Source: an uncultured Actinomycetota bacterium
GTDB taxonomy: Bacteria > Actinomycetota > UBA4738 > HRBIN12
Assembly (NCBI GenBank): GCA_963702405.1
Contig: CAVPCM010000008.1
Span: 132,849-196,848, forward strand
Length of the DNA stretch: 64,000 nt
Reading direction: 5' to 3'
In this document: in pieces, positions 1 to 9,385 of the stretch
Position numbering within the stretch: position 1 is the stretch's first letter
Layout: every line of letters begins with the position of its first letter
Program-made: the position numbers and the translations under genes
Notes under the pieces: model-generated
Seen by the model: only the letters and a program-made list of their open reading frames with translations
Databases searched by the model: none
What the model was told of the DNA's origin: nothing

Positions 1-804
1 GCCGAAGGATCGAGGAGATCAAAGCGGGCGGCGTCGTCTCGTGCGGCTCGCTCACGCCGCAGCGGGTGGAACGGTTCGCCCCCGTCGTGCTGGATGCCGG
101 GCTCGACATCCTCGTGATCCAGGGGACCGTGGTCTCGGCGGAGCATGTCTCCACGCAGACGGAGCCGTTGAACCTCAAGCAGTTCATCGCCGGGTTCGAC
201 CTCCCCGTGTTCGTGGGGGGCTGCGCCTCGTACTCCACCGCCCTGCATCTGATGCGGACGGGGGCAGTGGGGGTTCTCGTCGGTGTCGGACCCGGGAACG
301 CCTGCACCACGAGGGGTGTGCTCGGTGTCGGCGTTCCCCAGGCGACGGCGATCGCCGACGCCGCCGCCGCGCGCCGCGAGCATCTGCACGAGACCGGTCG
401 CTACTGCCACGTGATCGCGGACGGCGGGATGCGCACCGGCGGTGACATCGCGAAGGCGATCGCGTGTGGGGCGGACGCGGTGATGATCGGCTCACCGCTC
501 ACGCGCGCGTACGAGGCGCCCGGCCGCGGCTACCACTGGGGGATGGCGACGTTCCATCCCACGCTTGCCGCGCGGCGCCCGGGTCAAGACGCAGCAGGTC
601 GCGTCGCTGGAGGAGATCCTGGTGGGGCCGGCGCACGAGAACGACGGCACGTTCAACCTCTTCGGCGCGCTCGCCACGTCGATGGCCACCACCGGCTACG
701 CCACGATCAAGGAGTTCCAGAAGGCCGAGCTCGTGATCGCGCCGTCGATCAAGACCGAGGGCAAGACCTACCAGGCCGCACAGCGGGTGGGGATGGGGCA
801 CTAG
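1..804 (+). CDS. IMP dehydrogenase-family protein (GuaB3-like), 5' partial, with an apparent +1 frameshift near 545-565
   Basis: The reading frame is open from the window edge (RRIEEIKAGGVVSCG...). It carries an IMPDH-like motif GVGPGNACTTR and an ADGGMRTGGDIAKA nucleotide-binding segment. The conserved C-terminus (ASLEEILVGPAHENDGTFNLFGALATSMATTGY...KEFQKAELV) continues in the +1 frame (ORF 565..804). Confidence 0.7.
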
Positions 805-2368
805 GTGGCGCCGGGATCGCGGAGGGACGATCCCGCGAGACCGGTCCTGGTCGTCGACCTCGGGGCGCAGTACGCACAGCTGATCGCCCGGCGCGTCCGA
901 GAGGCGCACGTGTATTCCGAGATCGTGCCGCACGACGCCACGGCGGCAGAGCTCGCCCGGCGCCGCCCGGCGGGACTGATCCTGTCCGGGGGGCCGGCAT
1001 CGGTCTACGAGGAAGGGGCCCCGTCGGTGGACCCGGGCCTCTTCGACCTGGGCGTGCCCGTCCTGGGCATCTGCTACGGGCACCAGTTGATGGCCCGCGC
1101 GCTGGGCGGGGAGGTCGCCGCGACCGGCCAGCGCGAGTACGGCGGAACCGCGATGTCGGTCGAGTCGGCCCGGGGGTGTGCTCCTCGCGGACCTCGCCGC
1201 CGAGGAGCAGGTCTGGATGAGCCACGGGGACGCCGTTACGCGCGCGCCCGAGGGCTTCCGCGTGACGGCTCGCACCGAACAGATCCCGATCGCCGCGATG
1301 GAGGATCCGGATCGGGGCCTGTTCGCGGTGCAGTTCCATCCCGAGGTCTCACACACGCCTCGGGGACACGACGTGTTGAAGCGGTTCCTCTACGACGGCT
1401 GCGGGCTCCTGCCCGACTGGACGGCGGTGAACATCGTCGAGGACGCCGTCGAGCGCATCCGCACACAGGTCGGCGACGCGGAGGTCCTGTGCGCGCTCTC
1501 GGGCGGCGTCGACTCCTCCGTCGCGGCGCTCATCGTGTATCGCGCCGTGGGCGATCAGCTCACCTGCGTCTTCGTCGACCACGGCTTGAACCGCGAGGGA
1601 GAGCCGGACCAAGTGGAGGAGACGTTCGGGCTGCACTTCGGCGTGCCGCTCGTGCACGTGAAGGCGCAGGACCGCTTCCTCGCGAAGTTGGCCGGCGTCA
1701 GGGACCCGGAGCGGAAGCGGCGGGTGATCGGCGAGGAGTTCATCCGCGTCTTCGAGGAGGTGGCCCGCGACCATCGGGACGCCCGTTTCCTGGTCCAGGG
1801 AACCCTCTACCCCGACGTGATCGAGAGCGGCTCGCGGACCGCGGCCAACATCAAGAGCCATCACAACGTCGGCGGCCTGCCCGAGGAGATGGACCTCGAG
1901 CTCGTCGAACCGCTGCGCGACCTGTTCAAGGACGAGGTCAGGCAGGTCGGCGCCGAGCTCGGCCTCCCGGAGGAGGTCGTGCACCGACAGCCGTTCCCCG
2001 GTCCGGGCCTCGCCGTGCGGATCGTCGGCGAGGTCACCGCGGAGAACCTCGAGAAGGTGCGCGGAGCGGACCGCGTGGTACGGGAGGAGATCCGTCGTGC
2101 CGATCTCGAGCGGGAGACGTGGCAGGCGTTCTGCGTCCTCCTCGCGGACACGAGGACGGTGGGCGTCATGGGGGACGGCCGGACGTATGAGAGTCCCGTG
2201 ATCGTTCGAGTCGTGACGTCCGAGGACGCGATGACGGCGGACTGGGCCCGGTTGCCGTACGACGTGCTCGACCGGATCGCTTCGCGGATCGTCCGGGAGG
2301 TCCCCGGGGTGAACAGGGTTGCGTACGACGTCACCTCGAAGCCGCCCGGCACCATCGAGTGGGAGTAG
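805..2368 (+). CDS. guaA: GMP synthase (glutamine-hydrolysing); apparent frameshift near 1165-1180
   Basis: The N-terminal class-I glutamine amidotransferase domain ([29 protein letters not shown]) is in frame 805. The ATP-pyrophosphatase and dimerisation domains ([15 protein letters not shown]-terminal GTIEWE) are in frame 1178..2368. The start overlaps the stop of the upstream gene. Confidence 0.85.
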
Positions 2369-2436
2369 TCGAGCCTCTCGCGTCGGTGGTGAGGACCTTA
2401 GGGTCCGCTTAGGGGTGTCTCTCGTAGCCTGAACGG

Positions 2437-3597
2437 GTGAGCATGGCGGGAACGGTGCTCGCCGACCGCTACGCGGTCGGCGAGCTCCTCGGCCGCGGTG
2501 GGATGGCCGAGGTCCATCTGGCGACCGACCGCGTCCTGGACCGGCCGGTCGCCGTCAAGATCCTGGGGAGCTGGCTCGCGGGCGACCGCACGTTCGTCGA
2601 GCGGTTCCGGCGTGAGGCGCTGGCGGCCGCCCGGATCTCCCATCCGAACCTCGTGGCCGTGTTCGACGCGGGCTCGGAGGACGACGTCCATTTCATCGTG
2701 ATGGAACTCGTCCCGGGAGAGACGCTCAGGGACGTGCTCAAGCGAGAGGGCCGGATCGCACCCGGGCGGGCCGCGGGGATCGCCGCGAGCGTCGGCGACG
2801 CGCTGGCGGTGGCGCACGCCGCCCGGATCGTGCACCGCGACGTCAAGCCCGGGAACGTGATGCTGACGAGCGAGGGACGCATCAAGCTGATGGATCTCGG
2901 GATCGCCCGTGGCCTCGACGGAGAGGACATCACCCGGACCTCCTCGATCCTCGGCACCGCCGGCTACGTCTCGCCGGAGCAGGCCCGCGGCGAACCGGTG
3001 GACCATCGCTCGGACATCTACTCCCTGGGCTGTGTGCTCTACGAGATGCTCACGGGCCGGCAACCTTTCGAAGCCGACAACCCCGTGGCGGTTGCCTATC
3101 AGCACGTGCACGATGCCCCGACCCCGCCGTCCGCGCTCGAGCCGTCCGTGCCGCCGGCGCTCGAGGCCGTGGTCCTGCGCGCGATGGAGAAGGATCCCGC
3201 GGCCAGGTACCAGCGCGTCGGGGAGATGACGGCCGCCCTGGAGGATCGGGCGGCGCCCGGACCGCCGGTCGACTCGACCGCCCCGCTCCCGGTGGCCGTT
3301 CCGGGGACACCGGCTGCGGCGGACGACATCCCCACGGGGCGAACCGAGGCGTTGCCACGGAGGGCCGATCGGCCACCGCCCCGTCGCCCCTTGGTCCCGC
3401 TGCTGATCGCCGTCGTCGTGCTCGCGCTCCTCGGCGGTCTCGCCTTCGCGCTCTTCGGCGGTGAGGATCCTCCCGACGGTGCAACGGCATCGCCGAGCCC
3501 GTCCTCGAGTCCGTCCCCTTCCCCTTCCCCTTCTCCGTCACCGTCCCCGACATCCGTCCCCGTCACCCACTGCGTCCCCGACCCCGCCGCCCGATGA
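2437..3597 (+). CDS. Hanks-type Ser/Thr protein kinase with a TM helix and an SP-repeat linker
   Basis: Kinase subdomains are present: GRGGMAEVH, VAVK, HRDVKPGNVM, DLGIA and GTAGYVSPEQ. A TM segment (LVPLLIAVVVLALLGGLAFALF) follows, then a (SP)n low-complexity run. Confidence 0.85.
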   Translation: MSMAGTVLADRYAVGELLGRGGMAEVHLATDRVLDRPVAVKILGSWLAGDRTFVERFRREALAAARISHPNLVAVFDAGSEDDVHFIVMELVPGETLRDVLKREGRIAPGRAAGIAASVGDALAVAHAARIVHRDVKPGNVMLTSEGRIKLMDLGIARGLDGEDITRTSSILGTAGYVSPEQARGEPVDHRSDIYSLGCVLYEMLTGRQPFEADNPVAVAYQHVHDAPTPPSALEPSVPPALEAVVLRAMEKDPAARYQRVGEMTAALEDRAAPGPPVDSTAPLPVAVPGTPAAADDIPTGRTEALPRRADRPPPRRPLVPLLIAVVVLALLGGLAFALFGGEDPPDGATASPSPSSSPSPSPSPSPSPSPTSVPVTHCVPDPAAR

Positions 3598-3892
3598 CCC
3601 GCTCCAAGCCGCGGTCGTCGCCCTCCAGGACGTCGTGGCGGAAGGCGTCGCCGACGGCAGGATCTCGGAGAAGGCCGCCGAGGAGATCGCGAAGGGTCTG
3701 GAAGAGTCGCTCAAGAGGTTCACCGACGGCGATGCAGAAGGGGCGATCCACAAGCTCGAAGACCTCGAGGCGAAGGTGGACGAGCTCCTGGAGAAGGAGG
3801 AGATCCACCAGTCGCAGGAGCAGAGGATCGACGGTGCGATCGAGGACATCGCTCGGGAGATGTTCGACGCCGCGTCCTCCGAGGACGAGTGA
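3540..3892 (+). CDS. Probable frameshifted C-terminal ectodomain of the kinase (charged coiled-coil-like tail)
   Basis: ORF 3461..3892 has no plausible own start. It continues the SP-rich linker in another frame (SPSPTASPTPPPDDPLQ...) and then encodes an acidic helical region (EKAAEEIAKGLEESLKRF...LEDLEAKVDELLEKEE). The frame switch maps to a C-run near 3555-3575. Confidence 0.45.
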
Positions 3893-3893
3893 C

Positions 3894-4515
3894 CTAGGGG
3901 ACCGCCGGTCCCCGTACCAACGTCGCCGTCACGATGAGCCGCTCACGGCTCGAGTACTTCGGGTGGCACGTCGTCAGGACCAGCGTGGGGCGCTTCGTGT
4001 CGACGATCGCCGCCCCCGATCCGGCCTCGGGCAGGATGTACCGGCGGTCCACCTCGTAGCGGTACGTCCCGTGCTTCGTGATCAGGTCGATCCGGTCGCC
4101 GACATCGACGCGGTCGAGGTTCAGGAAGGGATGGAGATACGTCGTGCGGTGTCCCGCGATCGCGACCTGACCGGTCCCGTCCCACGGGTCGGCGGAATCG
4201 GGATAGTGGCCGGGTCCCTTCTTCAGGCTGACGTAGTCGGTCCCCTCGACGACGATGAAGTCGATGTCGATCGACGGGATCACGATCGCGGCGTACGCCT
4301 CACCCGGCAGGTAGCGCTCGTTCGCGGTTGGGCGGCGTGGGGTGCTCGAAGAGCGGCCGGAGCTCGTCGCCGAGCTCCTCCTGGGCGCGGGCCGTCTCCA
4401 GGCCGGTGCCCCACAGGAGCCAGCCGACGTATCCGCCGAGACCGGCGGCCGTCATCAGGCAGCCGAACCCGAACGCTCGGAGGGCAGCGCGGATCCGCGA
4501 TCGTTCCCGCATCCG
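3894..4515 (-). CDS. Sortase (class E-like), apparent frameshift near 4284-4300
   Basis: The C-terminal ORF 3894..4283 has the sortase beta-barrel motifs IPSIDIDFIVVEGTD and LVLTTCHP (catalytic Cys) plus a conserved Arg. The N-terminal TM anchor (IRAALRAFGFGCLMTAAGLGGYVGWLLW) is in ORF 4300..4740, a different frame. Confidence 0.7.
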
Positions 4516-4602
4516 CTCACCGTACCCCGGGGATCCGGCCCGCGGCATCTGCCGAAGGTCCAGGTCAGGGCACCGGCCGTCGGTCGGGTCGCGAGCCCGC
4601 GT

Positions 4603-4608
4603 TAGCAT
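4603..4608 (+). promoter_or_regulatory. -10-like box TAGCAT, 6 nt upstream of the pcrA GTG (leaderless-type promoter)
   Basis: TAGCAT fits TAnnnT. The spacing to the start codon leaves no room for a Shine-Dalgarno sequence. The same box recurs before folD and mdh. Confidence 0.35.
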
Positions 4609-4614
4609 CGTCGC

Positions 4615-6885
4615 GTGAGCGTCACCTCCCCCCTCCTCGACGGCCTCAACGACATCCAACGGCAGGCGGTCCTCCAGACGGAAGGCCCCGTCCTGATCGT
4701 CGCCGGAGCGGGGTCGGGCAAGACGAGGGCGCTCACGCACCGCATCGCCTACCTGATCCGGGAATGCGGGGTCTCGCCGGGGGAGATCCTCGCGATCACG
4801 TTCACCAACAAGGCCTCACGGGAGATGGCGGAGCGGGTCGGCGACCTCCTGGGCGGCCCGATCTCGCGGGGCATGTGGGTCCTCACGTTCCACTCCGCCT
4901 GCGCCCGGATCCTCAGGAAGGAGCACACCCACCTCGGGGTTCCGTCGAACTTCACGATCTACGACGACGGCGACACGGAACGGTTGATCGCCGGCATCTC
5001 GCGCGACATGGACATCGACCCGAAGCGCTACCCGGCGAAGGCGATCGCGTCCGCGATCGGGAAGGCCAAGGACCGGGTGCTCGGCCCGGCGGAGTTCGCC
5101 GACCTCACCTCCAACCTGTACGAGGAGACGGTCGCTCGGCTCTACACCGAGTACGAGCGTCGGAAGCGCGATGCCGGCGCCCTCGACTTCGACGACCTCA
5201 TCAGCGAGGCCGTCCGGCTCTTCCGCGATCACACAGAGGTGCTCCAGCACTACCAGGAGCGGTTCCGGTACATCCTGATCGACGAGTACCAGGACACGAA
5301 CCGTGCCCAGTACGAGCTCGTGAACATGCTCGCGGAGAAGTACCGGAACATCTGCGTCGTCGGCGACGCGGACCAGGGCGTCTACTCCTGGCGAGGGGCC
5401 ACGATCCAGAACATCCTGGACTTCGAGCGGGACTACCCGGACGCCGCCGTCTTCCTGATGGAGCAGAACTACCGCTCGACGCAGAACATCCTCACGGTCG
5501 CCAACGCGTTGATCGAGAACAACGTCCAGCGGAAGCCGAAGAACCTGTGGACCGAGGCCGGCTCCGGGGACCCCGTGGTACGGGTTCGTGCCAACGACGA
5601 ACACAGTGAGGCCTACTTCGTCGCGCAGGAGATCGAGCGCCTCCGGAGCGAGGAGGGGTTCCGCTACCGCGAGGTCGCGATCTTCTACCGGACGAACGCG
5701 CAGTCACGCGTGATCGAGGACGTCCTGATGCGGGTGGGGATGCCGTACCGCGTCTTCGGCGGCGTGCGCTTCTACCAGCGCAAGGAGATCAAGGACATCC
5801 TCGCGTACCTCCGCCTGCTCACGAACCCGCAGGACGTGATCTCGTTCCGGCGGGTCGTGAACACGCCGAAGCGAGGGATCGGGGACGCCACGGTGGCCGC
5901 CGTGGAGGCCTTCGCGCGCGACGAGGAGATCGACGTGATGGAGGCGTGTCGCCGCGTGGACGAGATCGCCACGCTCGCGTCGCGGGCGAAAGGGGCGGTG
6001 GCGGGGTTCAACCAGGTGATGACCGCGATCGCCGGGCACTTCGCGGACGGCGCCGGCCCCGCGCGGATGGTGGAGTTCGCGGCGCAGGAGTCGGGCTACC
6101 TCGCGGAGCTCGAGGAGGATCGGACGGTCGAGGCGCAGGGGCGGATCGAGAACATCCAGGAGCTCTCGGGGGTAGCCGCGGAGCTCCTCGCGCGCGACCC
6201 TGACGCGGGCCTCGACGCGTTCCTCGAACAGGTGTCGCTGATCGGGGAGCAGGACGACTACGACGAGGAGGAGTCCTCGGTCACGCTGATGACGCTGCAC
6301 ATCGCCAAGGGGCTCGAGTTCCCCGCGGTGTTCATCGTGGGGCTCGAGGACGGGATCTTCCCCCACTACCGGTCGATGACCGATTCCGCGCAGCTCGAGG
6401 AGGAACGGCGGCTACTCTACGTCGGGATCACACGGGCGCAGAAGCGCCTCTACCTGTGCCATGCGTGGGGCCGGACCCTGTTCGGGCAGACGAACTACAA
6501 CCCGCCCTCGAGGTTCCTGAACGAGCTGCCACCGAACCTGCTCGACGTGCGGGAGGAGGGTGGTTCCGGGCGGGGATCGCATCCGCGCGATGCCTCCCGC
6601 GGCGGCCGCGCGAGCCGGGCGGAGCGCGCGTACACGGTCGTCGGGCTCCCGGGGAAGGGACAGGTCGATGTGGCGCCCACCGGTTCGTGGGCACCGACGC
6701 CACCTCCGAAACGCGAGGTCCCCACCGTGGCCGAGGGAGACACCGTCGTCCACGAGCGCTGGGGCGAAGGGGTCGTGGTGGCGATCAAGGGGCACGGGGA
6801 CGACACGGAGGCGACGATCGCGTTCTCCGAGGCGGGGGAGAAGCGGCTGCTGCTCTCCTACGCGCCCTTGACGAAGGTGGGCTGA
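4615..6885 (+). CDS. pcrA: ATP-dependent DNA helicase PcrA/UvrD (UvrD1-type)
   Basis: All SF1 helicase motifs are present: GAGSGKTRAL, TFTNKAA, DEYQDTN, VGDADQ and VTLMTLHIAKGLEF. A C-terminal Tudor-like tail (TVVHERWGEGVVV) is also present. The protein is 756 aa. Confidence 0.95.
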   Translation: MSVTSPLLDGLNDIQRQAVLQTEGPVLIVAGAGSGKTRALTHRIAYLIRECGVSPGEILAITFTNKASREMAERVGDLLGGPISRGMWVLTFHSACARILRKEHTHLGVPSNFTIYDDGDTERLIAGISRDMDIDPKRYPAKAIASAIGKAKDRVLGPAEFADLTSNLYEETVARLYTEYERRKRDAGALDFDDLISEAVRLFRDHTEVLQHYQERFRYILIDEYQDTNRAQYELVNMLAEKYRNICVVGDADQGVYSWRGATIQNILDFERDYPDAAVFLMEQNYRSTQNILTVANALIENNVQRKPKNLWTEAGSGDPVVRVRANDEHSEAYFVAQEIERLRSEEGFRYREVAIFYRTNAQSRVIEDVLMRVGMPYRVFGGVRFYQRKEIKDILAYLRLLTNPQDVISFRRVVNTPKRGIGDATVAAVEAFARDEEIDVMEACRRVDEIATLASRAKGAVAGFNQVMTAIAGHFADGAGPARMVEFAAQESGYLAELEEDRTVEAQGRIENIQELSGVAAELLARDPDAGLDAFLEQVSLIGEQDDYDEEESSVTLMTLHIAKGLEFPAVFIVGLEDGIFPHYRSMTDSAQLEEERRLLYVGITRAQKRLYLCHAWGRTLFGQTNYNPPSRFLNELPPNLLDVREEGGSGRGSHPRDASRGGRASRAERAYTVVGLPGKGQVDVAPTGSWAPTPPPKREVPTVAEGDTVVHERWGEGVVVAIKGHGDDTEATIAFSEAGEKRLLLSYAPLTKVG

Positions 6886-6943
6886 TCCTCAGTCGGCATC
6901 AGGGAAGGTGAACGCGCTCAGCGGAGGCCCCGTGACTGCGCCG

Positions 6944-8395
6944 TCATGCGGAGAGCCGTTCCAGGATGTTCCGCGTGACGTGCTGCACGATCGGGTCGCC
7001 TCCCTCGATGCCGTACGTCCAATCGGTACAGCCGGCGTTGAAGACCACGCCACCTCCGGGAACGGTGAAGCATCCGACCACCGCGTGGTTGTGCCGGATC
7101 TTGTGCACGTTCGCGTCGGCGAACTCACCCCACAAGGCCGCCGCCACGTGCTCGAGCTCGCCGGGCTCCCTCGCGTAGCGCGAGGGCTGCTCGTCTCGCG
7201 ACCACAGACGGGCGGGCGCGGTGGCCAGCACCTCGAGCGTGCCGGGTGCTCCGTCCTCGTGCGTCGGTACCGGGAGACCATCCACCATCGTCATGTCGCA
7301 TCCATCGACCTCGTACCCGACGATGGCATCGGCCAGGCCGAGCGCGTCCCCGTAGCGAAGATCCGTACCAGTGAACGCCCAGTGATCGGGTCGCCAGACC
7401 GTGTAGGCGCCGCTCGCACGTGGAACGCCGGCCCCGTACCGGGAGTAGCCACCACGGGAGAACGACAACCCGGTCATCGAGGCTTCTGACCGCCCGATCC
7501 TCCGATCCGACCACGACCCCGTGAGGGAGCGCTGTTCGTCTGAGCCGACGACGGGGTCTTCGTCGGCTCGGTACTTGAAACAGACCATCGTCCCGCCCTC
7601 GAAACGCACCTGCCACCAGCACGTGTTCCCGCCGAAGAACGCGGCGTTGCCGCCACGGCCGAGGAACGTCTCGACGGTGTCACGCATCCCCCACGACCAG
7701 TACTCGTCGTGCCCCACCGAGAGGAGGAGCCGGCGCCCGTCGAGCACCTCGGGATGCGTCTCGAGATCCTGGGAGACGGCCACGTCGATCGCGAAACCCT
7801 CTCGCTCGGCCCATGTGACGAAGGGGCGCTCCCACGTCCACCAACCAGCGCCGCCGCTCCAGGGAGAGAGGTCATGCTCCCCGGCCCAGCCGAAGTAGCC
7901 GAGCGCTTCGCGATCAGGGACGGCCTCGGCCTTCCGCACCGCAGGCTCCGGCTTCGCGAGGAAACCCCGTGCGAGCGGCCGCTCGAAGGACACGCGTGTG
8001 CCACCCGTGTAGAGCGACGGACCGCCCCAGTCGTTGTACGCGTTGGCGGTGGAGGTGCTGATCACGAGCAGGATCGGCGCGCGGGCGGTCGCCGGCCGGA
8101 CGGCGAAGAACGCGTGAGCTTCCTCGTCGGCGGCCGTCATCCGGGCGGAGTAGAAGCCGGAGCGCCATCCGGGATCGACCGGGATCGAGAGGGTCGCCGG
8201 CCAGCCGCACCCGTCGGCCGACGCCGTCGCCGGGATCGGATGCTCAGATCCGGGGACCGCATCCGCTCGCCAGACCACCTCGCGCTCGCCGCCTTCACGA
8301 GTGACCTCGACTCCGAACGGACCCGCCGACGACACGTGGAGGCTGACCTCCTCACCCGGGAGCACGCTTTGGGGCCAAGCGTAGCCGTCGAGCAT
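6944..8395 (-). CDS. N,N-dimethylformamidase beta-subunit-family protein (hypothetical hydrolase/amidotransferase-like)
   Basis: The 483-aa ORF shows good codon bias. I recognise the family by overall resemblance (HDEYWS, NTCWWQ, GYEVDGC segments). The family call is from memory only. Confidence 0.5.
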   Translation of the reverse strand: MLDGYAWPQSVLPGEEVSLHVSSAGPFGVEVTREGGEREVVWRADAVPGSEHPIPATASADGCGWPATLSIPVDPGWRSGFYSARMTAADEEAHAFFAVRPATARAPILLVISTSTANAYNDWGGPSLYTGGTRVSFERPLARGFLAKPEPAVRKAEAVPDREALGYFGWAGEHDLSPWSGGAGWWTWERPFVTWAEREGFAIDVAVSQDLETHPEVLDGRRLLLSVGHDEYWSWGMRDTVETFLGRGGNAAFFGGNTCWWQVRFEGGTMVCFKYRADEDPVVGSDEQRSLTGSWSDRRIGRSEASMTGLSFSRGGYSRYGAGVPRASGAYTVWRPDHWAFTGTDLRYGDALGLADAIVGYEVDGCDMTMVDGLPVPTHEDGAPGTLEVLATAPARLWSRDEQPSRYAREPGELEHVAAALWGEFADANVHKIRHNHAVVGCFTVPGGGVVFNAGCTDWTYGIEGGDPIVQHVTRNILERLSA

Positions 8396-8402
8396 CCCAG
8401 GC

Positions 8403-8567
8403 CTACCGCATGAGGATCAGGATGCCGGCGACGACGATCACGACGCCCGCCACGAGAGGGGCGATGACCCAGGCGACTCCGAGCCGACCGCGGTACGGAC
8501 CGAGCGTGCCGACCTTCGTGGTCGGCTTCAGGCCGGGGGGACGGAACTGGAATCGTTTCCGGGCCAC
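8403..8567 (-). CDS. Candidate small tail-anchored membrane protein (~54-68 aa; alternative start GTG at 8609)
   Basis: The C-terminal part of track ORF 8403..9101 lies between the SDR stop (8618) and the DMFase-like ATG (8395). It encodes KRFQFRPPGLKPTTKVGTLGPYRGRLGVAWVIAPLVAGVVIVVAGILILMR with GC3 of about 85-90%. Its stop lies 7 nt before the downstream ATG, which suggests translational coupling. Confidence 0.3.
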   Translation of the reverse strand: MARKRFQFRPPGLKPTTKVGTLGPYRGRLGVAWVIAPLVAGVVIVVAGILILMR

Positions 8568-8617
8568 GGGCGCAGTATCGCAGGCACCAGGGTGGGTCCG
8601 GACCTCCACGGGAGGGC

Positions 8618-9385
8618 TCAGACCACGACCGCGCCGCCGTCCACGACGAGCTCCGCGCCCGTCACGTACGCGGCTTCGTCGCTCGCGAGGAACAGCGCAG
8701 CGTTCACGATGTCCCGCGCGGTCGCGAGCCGACCCAGCGGGATCTCGGCGGTCGCGGTCTCGACCCACGCGGGATCCGTGGTCCGCACCGTCTGCATCGG
8801 CGTGTCGGTGAACCCCGGATGGATGCAGTTCGCTCGGACCCCGTGCGGCCCGAACTGCACGGCGAGGTTCCTGGTGAGCGAGATCACCGCACCCTTGCTG
8901 GCCGTGTAGGCGTCCTGCGGGATCGCGTCCCCGAGCAGCGCCGAGGTGGACCCCACGTTCACTACGGCCCCGCCGCCGGCGGCGAGCAGGTGCGGGATCC
9001 CGTACTTGCAGACCCAGACCATCCCTTTCAGGTTGATCGCGAACACCCGATCCCAGACTTCCTCGTCCGTCTCGAGGACGGACACGTCGCGATCGCGCCA
9101 CAGGATGCCGGCGTTGTTGTACAGGACGTGGAGCGCGCCGAAGCGCTCGACCGCGCCCTCGATCGCCTCACGCACCTGCTCCTCGATCGCCACGTCGGCC
9201 ACGAAGGAGGCGATCTCACCGTCGGTGGCGCGGACGGCAGCCGCCGTCCTTGCGAGCGGCTCCGGGTCGATGTCGACGGCCGCGACCCGTGCGCCCTCGG
9301 ACGCGAAGACCGCGCAGGCCTCCCGTCCCATCCCGCTGCCGGCGCCCGTGATCAGCGCGACCTTGCCATCGAGCCTTCCCGTCAC
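8618..9385 (-). CDS. SDR-family NAD(P)-dependent oxidoreductase
   Basis: TGAGSGMG Rossmann motif, NNAG, and the catalytic Y-x3-K (YTASKGAV). The protein is 255 aa. Confidence 0.9.
   Translation of the reverse strand: MTGRLDGKVALITGAGSGMGREACAVFASEGARVAAVDIDPEPLARTAAAVRATDGEIASFVADVAIEEQVREAIEGAVERFGALHVLYNNAGILWRDRDVSVLETDEEVWDRVFAINLKGMVWVCKYGIPHLLAAGGGAVVNVGSTSALLGDAIPQDAYTASKGAVISLTRNLAVQFGPHGVRANCIHPGFTDTPMQTVRTTDPAWVETATAEIPLGRLATARDIVNAALFLASDEAAYVTGAELVVDGGAVVV

Noticed and set aside
2369-2436. Terminator or attenuator after guaA (GGACC-TTAG-GGTCC)
   Set aside because: Only a 5-bp stem with no supporting features. Too weak to call.
8403-9101. 232-aa ORF overlapping the SDR gene
   Set aside because: Most of it is an out-of-frame read-through across the SDR coding region. 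Only the 3' 160-200 nt in the spacer is considered (as a candidate small ORF).
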